Below, one piece after another: positions 1 to 8,766 of a stretch of 64,000 bases of DNA. The DNA is from an uncultured Verrucomicrobiae bacterium (GTDB lineage: Bacteria > Verrucomicrobiota > Verrucomicrobiia > Limisphaerales > Palsa-1400), in NCBI GenBank assembly GCA_963702845.1, contig OY969763.1:1184001-1248000 (forward strand), in the 5' to 3' direction. The notes beneath the pieces were generated by a model. That model did no database searches and was not told the origin of the DNA. It was given only the letters and a program-made list of their open reading frames with translations. The first letter of the stretch is position 1; each line of letters begins with the position of its first letter. The translations under genes and the position numbers were made by a program.

Positions 1-274
1 TCACTTCCAACTTGCACTTCTCGCTCATCTGCAAAATTTCAGTTTTATTTTGCGGGACAGCCGCTTCCTTTGTGCTGATCTCGTAATAATTGTCCCATTT
101 GAAAATTCGATGGAGGTCGGAAGAGAGTTTAGGGTCCTGCACCAGCTTGTGACTGACCTTATCCGCCGGGTCACTACTTCCCCATATCAGCTTGGCCTCG
201 AGCTTCATGTCAGCCGCTCGCGCGCTCATCATTGCGATGAGTAAACTAAAAACGACTACTGCTCTGGACATCAT
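1..274 (-). CDS. Exported hypothetical protein, third gene of the ECF sigma operon (3' end beyond window edge)
   Basis: Read by hand: ATG at 274 overlaps the anti-sigma stop (ATGA); MMSRAVVVFSLLIAMMSARA signal-like N-terminus then DMKLEAKLIWG...FKWDNYYEI; frame open to position 2. Confidence 0.7.
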   Translation of the reverse strand, partial: MMSRAVVVFSLLIAMMSARAADMKLEAKLIWGSSDPADKVSHKLVQDPKLSSDLHRIFKWDNYYEISTKEAAVPQNKTEILQMSEKCKLEV

Positions 275-788
275 ATTAAATTGTCATCACTGCTATCGGC
301 GTTGTTCTCATCCGTTGCCGGTTGGTCATTATCCTGCAACCAGACAACCGTCATGCCAGCCGATTGATCGTGGAAAGTCAATGCGCTCATTTCATCAGAA
401 GTCGCCGTCACTTCGTCAGCCCCCTGCGTAGAAAATTGATCTACCGACAACATCGCCACAGCGCAAGCCACAGCCACACCGGCTAAAGGCAATGCGATCC
501 GGCGCAAAATTGCCAATGGATCCCACGATGGAGCAGGGGAGCGCTTCGTGCCGGCCGCTTCCTCGCGTTCGATCTGCAACCGGATCTTGTTCCAATAGAA
601 CTCACGCAACTCAGGCAACGCAACCGTCATCTCGTTTCCCGCGAGAGCCGCTTTTGTCTGGCGCAGTTCAGTCGCCAACGCCTTTGCTTCAGCGTCGCGT
701 TCGACCAACTTCGCCACACCGCGCGCCTGCCAGGCAGACAATTCCCCATCAACCCATGCCTGAATCTTCAATGTAATTCTTCGTTCAT
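271..788 (-). CDS. Putative membrane anti-sigma factor (probable 1-bp frameshift near 773)
   Basis: Directly downstream of ECF sigma; QAWVDGELS N-terminal anti-sigma-like motif, one TM helix; ATG at 788 (MNEEL) joins ORF 271..771 if one base is restored. Confidence 0.7.
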
Positions 789-817
789 TTTGTTCGTTTG
801 GGCGTTTCGCCCGAAAT

Positions 818-1420
818 TCATTCTTTCTGCTCTCTTTTTAAACCTTGCAGTAGCGACGCCATCCGCCGTCGTGCATAAAACAATCGCGACATCACAGTCC
901 CAATCGAGCACTTCATCCGCTTCGCGATTTCCTTATATTCCAACTCTTCAAATTCGTGCAGCACCAGGACCGTCCGATGCTCATTCGACAACTGCGCCAG
1001 CGCCCGATCAATCCGCTGCCTTAACTCGCCGCGCTCCAAACCTTCCGTCGGATTCACCGTCACCACCGGCATCTGCCGCTCCACCCCGCCGGTTTCTTCA
1101 TCCATCATTTCGATGGACTCCGCGCGTTGCCGTTTATGTTTGCGCAACTGGTCCAGGCACAAGTTGATTACAATTCGCGTCATCCATGTGACAAAACTGG
1201 AATCGCCCTGGAACTGAATCAGCCGCTGCCAACCTTTCACCCACGCTTCCTGAGAAAGATCAAGCGCTTCATCCTCGTTACGCATCATGCTGAACGCCCG
1301 TGCGTAAATCTTATCGCGATGTCGCGCCACCAATTCCTCAAAGGCCACCATATCGCCTTTGCGGGACGACATAACCAGGTCTTGGTCGCTCATCGCTGAC
1401 TTATCCTGGTTCGTCGACAT
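818..1420 (-). CDS. ECF RNA polymerase sigma-70 factor (RpoE-like)
   Basis: Region 2 (DLSQEAWVKGW...FQGDSSFVTWMTRIVINLCLD) and region 4 (YKEIAKRMKCSIGTVMSRLFYARR); start uncertain (1420/1444/1393). Confidence 0.93.
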   Translation of the reverse strand: MSTNQDKSAMSDQDLVMSSRKGDMVAFEELVARHRDKIYARAFSMMRNEDEALDLSQEAWVKGWQRLIQFQGDSSFVTWMTRIVINLCLDQLRKHKRQRAESIEMMDEETGGVERQMPVVTVNPTEGLERGELRQRIDRALAQLSNEHRTVLVLHEFEELEYKEIAKRMKCSIGTVMSRLFYARRRMASLLQGLKREQKE

Positions 1421-1461
1421 AGGTTTGACGCTGCTGATAGACAATTATTCAGCGACGTGCG

Positions 1462-2125
1462 TTACAATTTACCTTTAGTGGAAGGAAGTTTGTTGGCGAT
1501 GCGCGGGTCACGTTGGCACGCCGCATCGATGGCTCGTCCAAACGACTTAAATAGCGCCTCCACAACATGATGCGGCTCATCTCCGTATAGAAGTTCCAGA
1601 TGCAAATTGGCCCTGCCTTCGTTGGCAAAACCTTGGAAAAATTCTTTTGCTAACCCAAATCGAAAGGCAGACGACACATCCTGCTTCTTCTCCGCTTTGG
1701 TCACCGACTTATAAGAAAAATCATCAAGACCGCGCCAAATGAAATGCGGTCGTGCCACCAAAATCAATCACGCATCGCGCGAGCGTTTCATCCATCGGCA
1801 CATACGCTTCCCCGGTAAAAGGATTACGCGGATCAAACCCGGTGCCGTACCTTTTAATTCCTTTTTTGTCCCCAAGCGCCTGCACAAAAGCCTGCCCGAG
1901 CGCGAGTCCACAATCTTCCACCGTATGATGCGCATCGATGTGCAAATCCCCTTTGCATTTCAGTTCGAGATCCAGCGTCCCATGCTTCGCCATCAACGTG
2001 AGCATGTGATCGAAAAAACCGACCCCAGTCGAAATGGAAGACTTCCCAGTCCCGTCAATATTCAGGGACAGAGAGATCTGGGTCTCAGTAGTTTCACGTT
2101 TGATGCGCGCCTGCCTCTTTTGCAT
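1462..2125 (-). CDS. hisB: Imidazoleglycerol-phosphate dehydratase, split by a 1-bp frameshift near 1753
   Basis: [28 protein letters not shown] in ORF 1724..2125; HHVVEALFK and PSTKG in ORF 1462..1767. Confidence 0.95.
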
Positions 2126-2173
2126 CCGCAGAACTTAAACAGCGTCACTCGGGAAAACAAACCGTAATTCCTA

Positions 2174-2229
2174 GCAGCGCCGATTGGCAATCGGCGAACT
2201 TCAAGTCGGAGCGCCGGTTTTTAATCAGC
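2174..2229 (+). repeat. Two tandem REP-like short hairpins
   Basis: gcagCGCCGATTggcAATCGGCG and ggagCGCCGGTTtttAATCAGC. Confidence 0.55.
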
Positions 2230-2354
2230 TTTTCTTTTCACTTGGACAGCCTTTGTCCAAGTGACCTTGCTACCATCCTCGCAAATATGAATATAGAAAT
2301 CTCTTTATCGTCCGGGCAATCGCTCGGCGACCGATGCTTCCAAAGCGTCAAAAA

Positions 2355-2387
2355 CTTGACCGTTTCTTTACCGTTTCTTTACCGAAA
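2355..2387. repeat. Three 11-bp direct repeats (CTT[G/T]ACCGNNN)
   Basis: cttgaccgttt/ctttaccgttt/ctttaccgaaa. Confidence 0.85.
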
Positions 2388-2476
2388 TTCGGCGTCTTTT
2401 TTCACCCAATCTGTGCACCACAATGACTTACAAACATTCGCCCCTAAACTCGGTCGGTTTTTTACATCCGTCACGC

Positions 2477-2526
2477 CATAACGCCAAATTGCGCCTTGTA
2501 ACGCTTCATAACGGCTTATAACGCCA
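2477..2526. repeat. Five-unit 10-bp-period array, core TAACG
   Basis: cataacgcca/aattgcgcct/tgtaacgctt/cataacggct/tataacgcca. Confidence 0.85.
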
Positions 2527-2570
2527 AAAAAATAAAAAAATATTTTTCACCATCCAACCCGGTCTATAAT
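2526..2570 (+). promoter_or_regulatory. Possible imuA promoter (A/T tract plus TATAAT -10)
   Basis: TATAAT at 2565-2570, 18 nt before the ATG, preceded by aaaaaaataaaaaaatattttt; no good -35. Confidence 0.35.
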
Positions 2571-2588
2571 TAACACAGAATCTTTGCC

Positions 2589-3250
2589 ATGACTCCTCAT
2601 CGGGAAATAGTCCAACTCCGACAGCTCCTCGCCGAGCGTTTCCCGCACCTCAGGAATTGGACCGACACGCCGCCCGCGCCAACTTTTTGGAAAACCGGCA
2701 TCGACCATCTTGATCACTTGATCGGCGGCGGCTTGGCAAAAGGCTCCATCACCGAAATCGTGGAGCAAAATCTGCCTCCGGCAGCGGTCTCTTGTTGCAT
2801 ACGCTCATTCAACAAGCCCACACCACGCAGCAAATCATCGTCCTTATCGACGCCGCCGATTCCTTCGACCCATGCTCCTTCGATCAGGAAACCTTGTCGC
2901 GCCTTCTCTGGGTCCGTTGCAAAAACGCCGCCGAAGCACTCAAAGCCACCGACATCATCCTGCGCGACCGCAATCTGCCATTGGTGTTGCTCGACCTGAA
3001 AATGAACCCAGCCGCGCAGCTCCGAAAAATTTCCGGCACAACCTGGTATCGCCTCCAACGCATCGTCCAACAAAACGGCACCGCGTGTGTCGTGTTCACT
3101 CCAAATGCGATGGTGAGCAGCACCGAAGTCCGAATTTCCTTAGACACGCATTTCAACATCACCGCGCTATCGCACACGCAAGAAGAACTCATCCCTGAAC
3201 TCCAATTCAATTTAGATCGCGAAAACTTGAGAGCCGTGGAGGTCGGCTAA
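2589..3250 (+). CDS. imuA: ImuA/RecA-like mutasome accessory protein (frameshift near 2762)
   Basis: TGIDHLDHLIGGGLAKGSITEI, then LIDAADSFDP...RLLWVRC...DIILRDRNLPLVLLDL; first gene before imuB-dnaE2. Confidence 0.85.
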
Positions 3251-3270
3251 CAGGACGCGCTGTTTCGATA

Positions 3271-3337
3271 TGGAACTTGGAGCTTCTCTGGATCTTGGAG
3301 TTTTTATGAATTTTGGAGTTTGAATTTTGAAGTTTCC
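3271..3337. repeat. Degenerate heptamer array (TGGAGCT/TGAATTT type) between imuA and imuB
   Basis: tggaact tggagct tctc tggatct tggagtt ttta tgaattt tggagtt tgaattt tgaagtt. Confidence 0.8.
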
Positions 3338-3339
3338 AA

Positions 3340-4944
3340 ATGTTCGCCGTCATCTACATCCCCAACTTCCACCTCCAAGCCGCCTTGCGACTTGAGCCCG
3401 AGCTACGCACTCGTCCCGTCGCGCTCATCGACGACCGACTCCCCAAAGCCACAATTTTCCAACTCACCGAAGCCGCCGCCAACTCCGGCGTCAACATCGG
3501 CCTGACCTCCACCCAAGCCATGGCCCGCTGTCGCGACATCATCATCCGCTCCCGTTCCATCGCGCAGGAAGAAGCCGCCACCGAAACGTTGCTCCAATGC
3601 GCCTACTGTTTTTCGCCCAACATCGAATCCACCGCCGCCGGAATTTGCACGATTGATTTGCAAGGCCTCAATATTTGTAGGAGACGAGGCGACGAGTCTC
3701 TAACTTTACCTGGCGTTGAGGACGCCAACACGTCAGAGAATCATCACGTCGTCTCTTATACAGAAGAATGGGCTGACAAAATCCTTTTCGCTTTAGGTCA
3801 ACTCGGCTTCGAAGCACAACTCGGCCTGGCCGAAACGCCTACGCTCGCATTGCAAGCCGCGAAACACGCATCTTCTCCCTCTCTTCCCGAGGGGAGGAGA
3901 GGGCCGGGGAGAGGAGGCATTTTGTTCGTAGAAAATCCCGACACCTTCATCACGTCCCTCCCCATCGAAAGCCTCTCCCCACCATCCGAAATTTTCGAAG
4001 TCCTGCAAAAATGGGGCATCCACACCGTCGGCGCCTTCCTCGCCCTCGGCAAAGACAGACTCGCCGAACGTCTCGGCCCCGAAGCCGTCGAACTTTTCGA
4101 TTCAGTTTCGACGCACGAAATCCGTCCGCTCAAGCTCTACATTCCCTCAGCCGTTTTCGAAGAGTCCATCGAATTTGAAAACCCCATCGAAACCCTCGAG
4201 CCACTCCTGTTCATACTCAAACGTTTCGTCGATCAACTCAGCCGCCGTTTTGAAATCATCTACCTCGTCGCTGGCGAATTGCATCTGTGCATTGGTCTGC
4301 AATCAGGCCAAAACTACGAACACACATTCCGCGTTCCCGCACCCACTCGCGATGTGGAAACACTCTTCCGCATGCTCCACACGCATTTGGAAAATGTGCG
4401 AACAGAAACCCCAATCATTTCACTCACACTCGCCGCCAAACCCTGCCGCGCCGGCAACCACCAATTCGGCCTCTTCGAAGTCGCCCTGCGCGACCCAAAC
4501 CAATTTCACGAAACGTTGGCACGGCTGACCGGCCTATTGGGCCCCAACCGCGCCGGCACTCCGCGATTAGAGCAAAGCCACCGTCCCGACGCCTTCAAAA
4601 TGGAGTCCCCCAATTTCGAATCCGATCCTGCAGTGCGGGACGGTAAGCAACTTTTGAAATCCGAAATTTCAAATTTAAAATTCAAAGTCCTCGGCCCGCC
4701 GCTACGTCGCTTTCGTCCTGCAATTCGCACTACAGTCGAAATCCGCAACAACAAACCAGTTCTGATGCACAGCAGCCAATTCACCGGCCCAATCAAAGAA
4801 GCCCGCGGCCCCTGGCGCATCTCCGGCAACTGGTGGGAAAACGGTTGGGGCCGCGACGAGTGGGACATCGAAACCACAAACGGCGACATCTTCCGCCTCG
4901 CCCAACAAAACGACGAATGGTCGATAGAAGGAGCGTTGGACTAG
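3340..4944 (+). CDS. imuB: ImuB, inactive Y-family polymerase scaffold
   Basis: Y-family N-terminus lacking catalytic acids, QFGLF clamp-binding motif, C-terminal GPWRISGNWW...RDEWD; position in the imuABC cassette. Confidence 0.92.
   Translation: MFAVIYIPNFHLQAALRLEPELRTRPVALIDDRLPKATIFQLTEAAANSGVNIGLTSTQAMARCRDIIIRSRSIAQEEAATETLLQCAYCFSPNIESTAAGICTIDLQGLNICRRRGDESLTLPGVEDANTSENHHVVSYTEEWADKILFALGQLGFEAQLGLAETPTLALQAAKHASSPSLPEGRRGPGRGGILFVENPDTFITSLPIESLSPPSEIFEVLQKWGIHTVGAFLALGKDRLAERLGPEAVELFDSVSTHEIRPLKLYIPSAVFEESIEFENPIETLEPLLFILKRFVDQLSRRFEIIYLVAGELHLCIGLQSGQNYEHTFRVPAPTRDVETLFRMLHTHLENVRTETPIISLTLAAKPCRAGNHQFGLFEVALRDPNQFHETLARLTGLLGPNRAGTPRLEQSHRPDAFKMESPNFESDPAVRDGKQLLKSEISNLKFKVLGPPLRRFRPAIRTTVEIRNNKPVLMHSSQFTGPIKEARGPWRISGNWWENGWGRDEWDIETTNGDIFRLAQQNDEWSIEGALD
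3676..3762. repeat. REPIN-like GTAG inverted repeat inserted in-frame in imuB (87 bp, 29 codons)
   Basis: TGTAGGAGACGAGGCGACGAGTCTCT...AGAGAATCATCACGTCGTCTCTTATACA; left arm near-identical to the copy at 6013. Confidence 0.85.
3871..3918. repeat. Purine/pyrimidine-skewed hairpin repeat in-frame in imuB (SSPSLPEGRRGPGRGG)
   Basis: ccctctcttccc-ga-ggggaggagaggg followed by ccggggagaggagg. Confidence 0.7.
4653..4687. repeat. AT-rich heptamer array in-frame in imuB (LKSEISNLKFK)
   Basis: tttgaaa tccgaaa tttcaaa tttaaaa ttcaaag within a GC-rich gene. Confidence 0.75.
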
Positions 4945-4958
4945 CGATGAAACCTCAG

Positions 4959-5312
4959 TTACATCACGACATGGACCGATTGCCTGTCCAACTCCACCAG
5001 GGAATTCTGCTCCAGGGCAGCGATAATTTGCGGCAGATGTTTTTCGAACAGCGCGATGAGATCGTTTTTGCGAATGTTGCCCGTGCGCACGAGCAACAAC
5101 TTCCACGGTTTTCCGTGCAGAAGATGCGAGTGATAAAAGTCGGAATCTTTGGTGATCAGCACGCGTCGGTGCTCCAAGGAGAGTTTATTCAACGTCTCAT
5201 CAACCGTCTGATTTTGTGCAGGGAGATTTATCGTGTGGATGGCATCATGTCCCGCGATTTGCAGCAGCTTGCACAAGCTTGGCGGAACGTGTGCGTCCAC
5301 CAGAAAGTTCAT
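4959..5312 (-). CDS. DUF5615/VapC45-like PIN-domain toxin
   Basis: MNFLVDAHVP...GHDAIH...DETL...RVLITKDSDF; ATGA-coupled to the upstream DUF433 gene. Confidence 0.88.
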   Translation of the reverse strand: MNFLVDAHVPPSLCKLLQIAGHDAIHTINLPAQNQTVDETLNKLSLEHRRVLITKDSDFYHSHLLHGKPWKLLLVRTGNIRKNDLIALFEKHLPQIIAALEQNSLVELDRQSVHVVM

Positions 5313-5542
5313 GCCAACACTAGATGCTTACTCTTGAGCTTCAACGACTGCGTCGCGAATTCGAGGCACGCCTGTAAGTCTTCGCGTTCCAAGTCCGGAA
5401 ATTCAGCGAGGAGATCTTCGAAAGTATCACCGGCAGTGAGATATTCGAGCATAGCTTCCACAGGATACCGGAGATGCCGAATGGCTGGTTTGCCATGGCA
5501 AATCTCGGGATCAATTGTGATTCGAGAAAGCAGGTCGCTCAT
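5309..5542 (-). CDS. DUF433 antitoxin
   Basis: RITIDPEICHGKPAIRHLRYPV...LLAEFPDLEREDLQACLEFA. Confidence 0.92.
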   Translation of the reverse strand: MSDLLSRITIDPEICHGKPAIRHLRYPVEAMLEYLTAGDTFEDLLAEFPDLEREDLQACLEFATQSLKLKSKHLVLA

Positions 5543-5610
5543 ACGTTCCAACATACCGGTTTTAAGCAGCCATTACAAGCAATGCCATTTTCAGCCAAGT
5601 AGTTGATTGT

Positions 5611-8600
5611 ATGTACGTCGAACTCCATTCTCGCAGTGCTTTCAGCTTTTTGCGCGGCAGTTCTCTGCCGGAGCAATTGGCCGAAGTCGCTGCCGAATTG
5701 CAAATGCCCACGCTGGCACTTTGCGATCGTGATGGAGTTTACGGCGCACCGCGATTCTTCGCCGCCGCCAAAGAAAAAAATCTCCGTCCAATCATCGGCG
5801 CAGAATTGACGATGGAAGACGGCAGCGTCTTGCCCGTGCTCGTCGAAAACCGCGGCGGCTACCAACACCTCTGCCAACTCCTCACCCGCGGCCATCTTCG
5901 CAGTGCCAAAGGCGAAACCAAATTCCGCTGGAGCGAGCTTCCCGAATTTGCCGAAGGTCTAGTTGCGCTCACTGGCGACGAAGAAGGCCCGCTCATCAAA
6001 AACCTTTTCTCTTGTAGGAGACGAGGTAACGAGTCTCTAACTTTAAAAAAAGAAAATCAGAGACTCGTCACCTCGCCTCCTACACAAGCTCTAGATAAGC
6101 TCATCGAAACCTTCGGCCCCAATCGCGTCTTCATCGAAATCCAGCGCCACCACCTCCGTGGCGAAGAACGCATCAACAACGCTCTCATCCAACTCGCCGA
6201 ACACACGCGCCTCCCACTCCTCGCCACAAACGGCGTCCTCTACGCCAAGCCTTACGCCCGCCAGGTCCACGACGTCTTCACCTGCATCCGCAATCACACG
6301 CACTTGGACGCCGCCGGCACCTTGCTCGCGCCCAACAGCGAACGCTTCCTCAAAACTGCGGTCGAAATGGAATCCCTCTTCCACGATTTGCCTCAAGCCA
6401 TCGAAAACACCGCGCGCCTCGCCGATCGCCTGCAATTCACACTGGCCGATCTTGGCTACGAATTTCCAAAATTCCCAGTCGGTCCCGGCGAAACCATGGA
6501 CGGCGTTCTGCGCGAACAAACCTTGGTTGGCGCGCGCAAACGTTACGACGGCACAATCCCCGAGAAAGTCGCCAAACAAATCAAACACGAGTTAGCGCTC
6601 ATCGAAAAACTCGGGTTCGCCGGTTACTTCCTCATTGTCGCCGACCTCGTAAAATTCTGCTGCGAAAACGACATCATGTGCCAGGGCAGGGGAAGCGCCG
6701 CCAACAGCACCGTTTGTTTTTGTCTCGGCATCACCGCCGTCGACCCGCTCAAGTTCAACACACTGTTCGAGCGTTTTCTAAGCGAAGGCCGCAAAGGCTG
6801 GCCCGACATTGATATTGATTTGCCGAGCGGCGACCGACGCGAACGCGTCATTCAGGAAGTCTATCGTCGTTACGGCAAACACGGCGCCGCCATGACCGCG
6901 AACGTCATCAGCTACCGCGGCAAAAGCGCCGCACGCGAAATCGGCAAAGCACTCAATTTATCCAACGACGTCATTGACCGTTTCTCTCATCTGTTCGCAA
7001 ATGGCGATTTCCCGCACACCATGGAACTCGCGCAGCAAATGGAACAGGCCGGTCTGCCTGCCGACCATCCGCGCGCCGCGTCATTCGTGAATCTTTACAA
7101 ACAGATTTACGCTTTGCCGCGCCACCTCGGCCAACACTCCGGCGGCATGATTATTTGTCAGGGCAAACTTAGTTCCATTGTTCCACTTGAAAACGCCTCC
7201 ATGCCCGGCCGCGTCGTCGCGCAATGGGACAAAGACGATTGCGAAGACCTCGGTATCATTAAAGTGGATTTGCTCGGCCTCGGCATGATGTCCGTTCTGC
7301 AAGACGCCATCAAACTAACCGAACAACGCGGCCATCCTGTCGATCTTGCTCGCATCCCCGTCGACGACGCGCCCACGTTCAAGATGATGCAAGAAGCCGA
7401 CACCATCGGCGTTTTCCAAATCGAAAGCCGCGCGCAAATGGCCACCTTGCCGCGCATGAAGCCGGATTGTTTTTACGATGTGGTTATCGAAGTCGCGATT
7501 ATCCGCCCGGGACCGATTCAAGGCGACTTGATGCATCCGTATCTGAATCGCAGGGCAGGCCGTGAACCCGAGACTTATTACGATGAGAAATTGCGCCCTG
7601 TTCTGGAGCGCACGAAGGGCGTACCGCTTTTTCAGGAACAACTCCTTCAAATTGCGATGGTCATGGCCGACCTATCTCCAAGCGAGGCTGAGGATTTACG
7701 CCGCGCCTTGAGTTTTCATCGTTCCGAAGAACGCATGAACAAAGTTGTGGTGAAGATGAAAAGTAAGATGGAGCAAAAAGGAATCGCTGCTGATGTCATC
7801 GGAAAAATTCTCAAGTGGATTGGATCGTTTGCTCTTTACGGTTTTCCAGAATCGCACACCATCAGCTTCGCCATTCTCGCTTATGGCAGCACCTATTTGA
7901 AAGTCCATCACGCCCCCGAATTTTACGCGAGCCTTCTCAACAATCAGCCAATGGGTTTTTATTCGCCGGCGACAATCGTGAAAGATGCCAAACGTCATGG
8001 TGTCAAAACTCGTCCGATCTGTATCGAGAGTTCTGATTGGCTTTGTACAGTCGAAGACGATGGCTCGATACGGTTGGGCTTCTGTGTTGTGCAAGGTCTT
8101 CGTCTCGAACACGGTCAACGCATCATCCAACAGCGGGCACGTAAACCGTTTGGTTCAATAGACGATTTCAAATGGCGCACAGGATTGAACAAAGCCGAAT
8201 TGCGGACCTTGGCCGAAATCGGCGCATTGAATAAGCTCGCCAAACACCGTCGCGATGTGCTCTGGCAAATCGAGAAGGACAGTTGCGAGTTCGACCTCTT
8301 CAATTTCCGGAGAGACGAATCACACGAATCCCAACCTTCTCCTCTGGCCATTATGGACGCAGTCGAACGCGTTCGCGCCGACTATCGCGGAACCAATCTT
8401 ACGACGGGACCGCATCCCATGACCCTAGTGCGTGCCGACTTGCCCGACGTTTGGCGTGCAGCCGATCTCTCTAAAAGCCGTAACGGCGAAACAATCCGCA
8501 TCGCCGGCAATGTCATTTGCCGTCAACGCCCCGGCACTGCCAAAGGCTTCGTCTTCATTAGCCTCGAAGACGAAACCGGAATCAGTAACGCAATCGTCAA

Positions 8601-8766
8601 TCCAGACCTATTCGAGGAACTCCGCCTCGTAATTACACACGAGCCATTCCTCATCATTGAAGGCATTGTCCAAAACAGGGAGAATGTTGTTTTGGTTCAG
8701 GCAAGGCGAATCATGCCCATGCCTAATGAGTCGCTTGCTGCCGCGCCGTCGTACGACTTCCACTAA
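5611..8766 (+). CDS. dnaE2: Error-prone DNA polymerase III alpha (DnaE2/ImuC)
   Basis: PHP N-terminus YVELHSRSAFSFLRG, GRGSAANS, PDIDID, RHLGQHSGG, YGFPESH, OB-fold RQRPGTAKG, C-terminal SYDFH (S[R]DFH-type tail). Confidence 0.97.
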   Translation: MYVELHSRSAFSFLRGSSLPEQLAEVAAELQMPTLALCDRDGVYGAPRFFAAAKEKNLRPIIGAELTMEDGSVLPVLVENRGGYQHLCQLLTRGHLRSAKGETKFRWSELPEFAEGLVALTGDEEGPLIKNLFSCRRRGNESLTLKKENQRLVTSPPTQALDKLIETFGPNRVFIEIQRHHLRGEERINNALIQLAEHTRLPLLATNGVLYAKPYARQVHDVFTCIRNHTHLDAAGTLLAPNSERFLKTAVEMESLFHDLPQAIENTARLADRLQFTLADLGYEFPKFPVGPGETMDGVLREQTLVGARKRYDGTIPEKVAKQIKHELALIEKLGFAGYFLIVADLVKFCCENDIMCQGRGSAANSTVCFCLGITAVDPLKFNTLFERFLSEGRKGWPDIDIDLPSGDRRERVIQEVYRRYGKHGAAMTANVISYRGKSAAREIGKALNLSNDVIDRFSHLFANGDFPHTMELAQQMEQAGLPADHPRAASFVNLYKQIYALPRHLGQHSGGMIICQGKLSSIVPLENASMPGRVVAQWDKDDCEDLGIIKVDLLGLGMMSVLQDAIKLTEQRGHPVDLARIPVDDAPTFKMMQEADTIGVFQIESRAQMATLPRMKPDCFYDVVIEVAIIRPGPIQGDLMHPYLNRRAGREPETYYDEKLRPVLERTKGVPLFQEQLLQIAMVMADLSPSEAEDLRRALSFHRSEERMNKVVVKMKSKMEQKGIAADVIGKILKWIGSFALYGFPESHTISFAILAYGSTYLKVHHAPEFYASLLNNQPMGFYSPATIVKDAKRHGVKTRPICIESSDWLCTVEDDGSIRLGFCVVQGLRLEHGQRIIQQRARKPFGSIDDFKWRTGLNKAELRTLAEIGALNKLAKHRRDVLWQIEKDSCEFDLFNFRRDESHESQPSPLAIMDAVERVRADYRGTNLTTGPHPMTLVRADLPDVWRAADLSKSRNGETIRIAGNVICRQRPGTAKGFVFISLEDETGISNAIVNPDLFEELRLVITHEPFLIIEGIVQNRENVVLVQARRIMPMPNESLAAAPSYDFH
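6013..6084. repeat. REPIN-like GTAG inverted repeat inserted in-frame in dnaE2 (72 bp, 24 codons)
   Basis: TGTAGGAGACGAGGTAACGAGTCTCT-aactttaaaaaaagaaaatc-AGAGACTCGTCACCTCGCCTCCTACA; 26-bp arms with 2 mismatches. Confidence 0.9.

Noticed and set aside
2561..2575. Possible LexA box before imuA (GGTCTATAATTAACA)
   Set aside because: Only the right half resembles the TGTTC-N4-GAACA motif I recall for Verrucomicrobia; left half and spacing do not fit.
6013..6084. Intein or intron in dnaE2
   Set aside because: Only 24 codons, no C-terminal His-Asn or splicing motifs; explained by the palindromic repeat.
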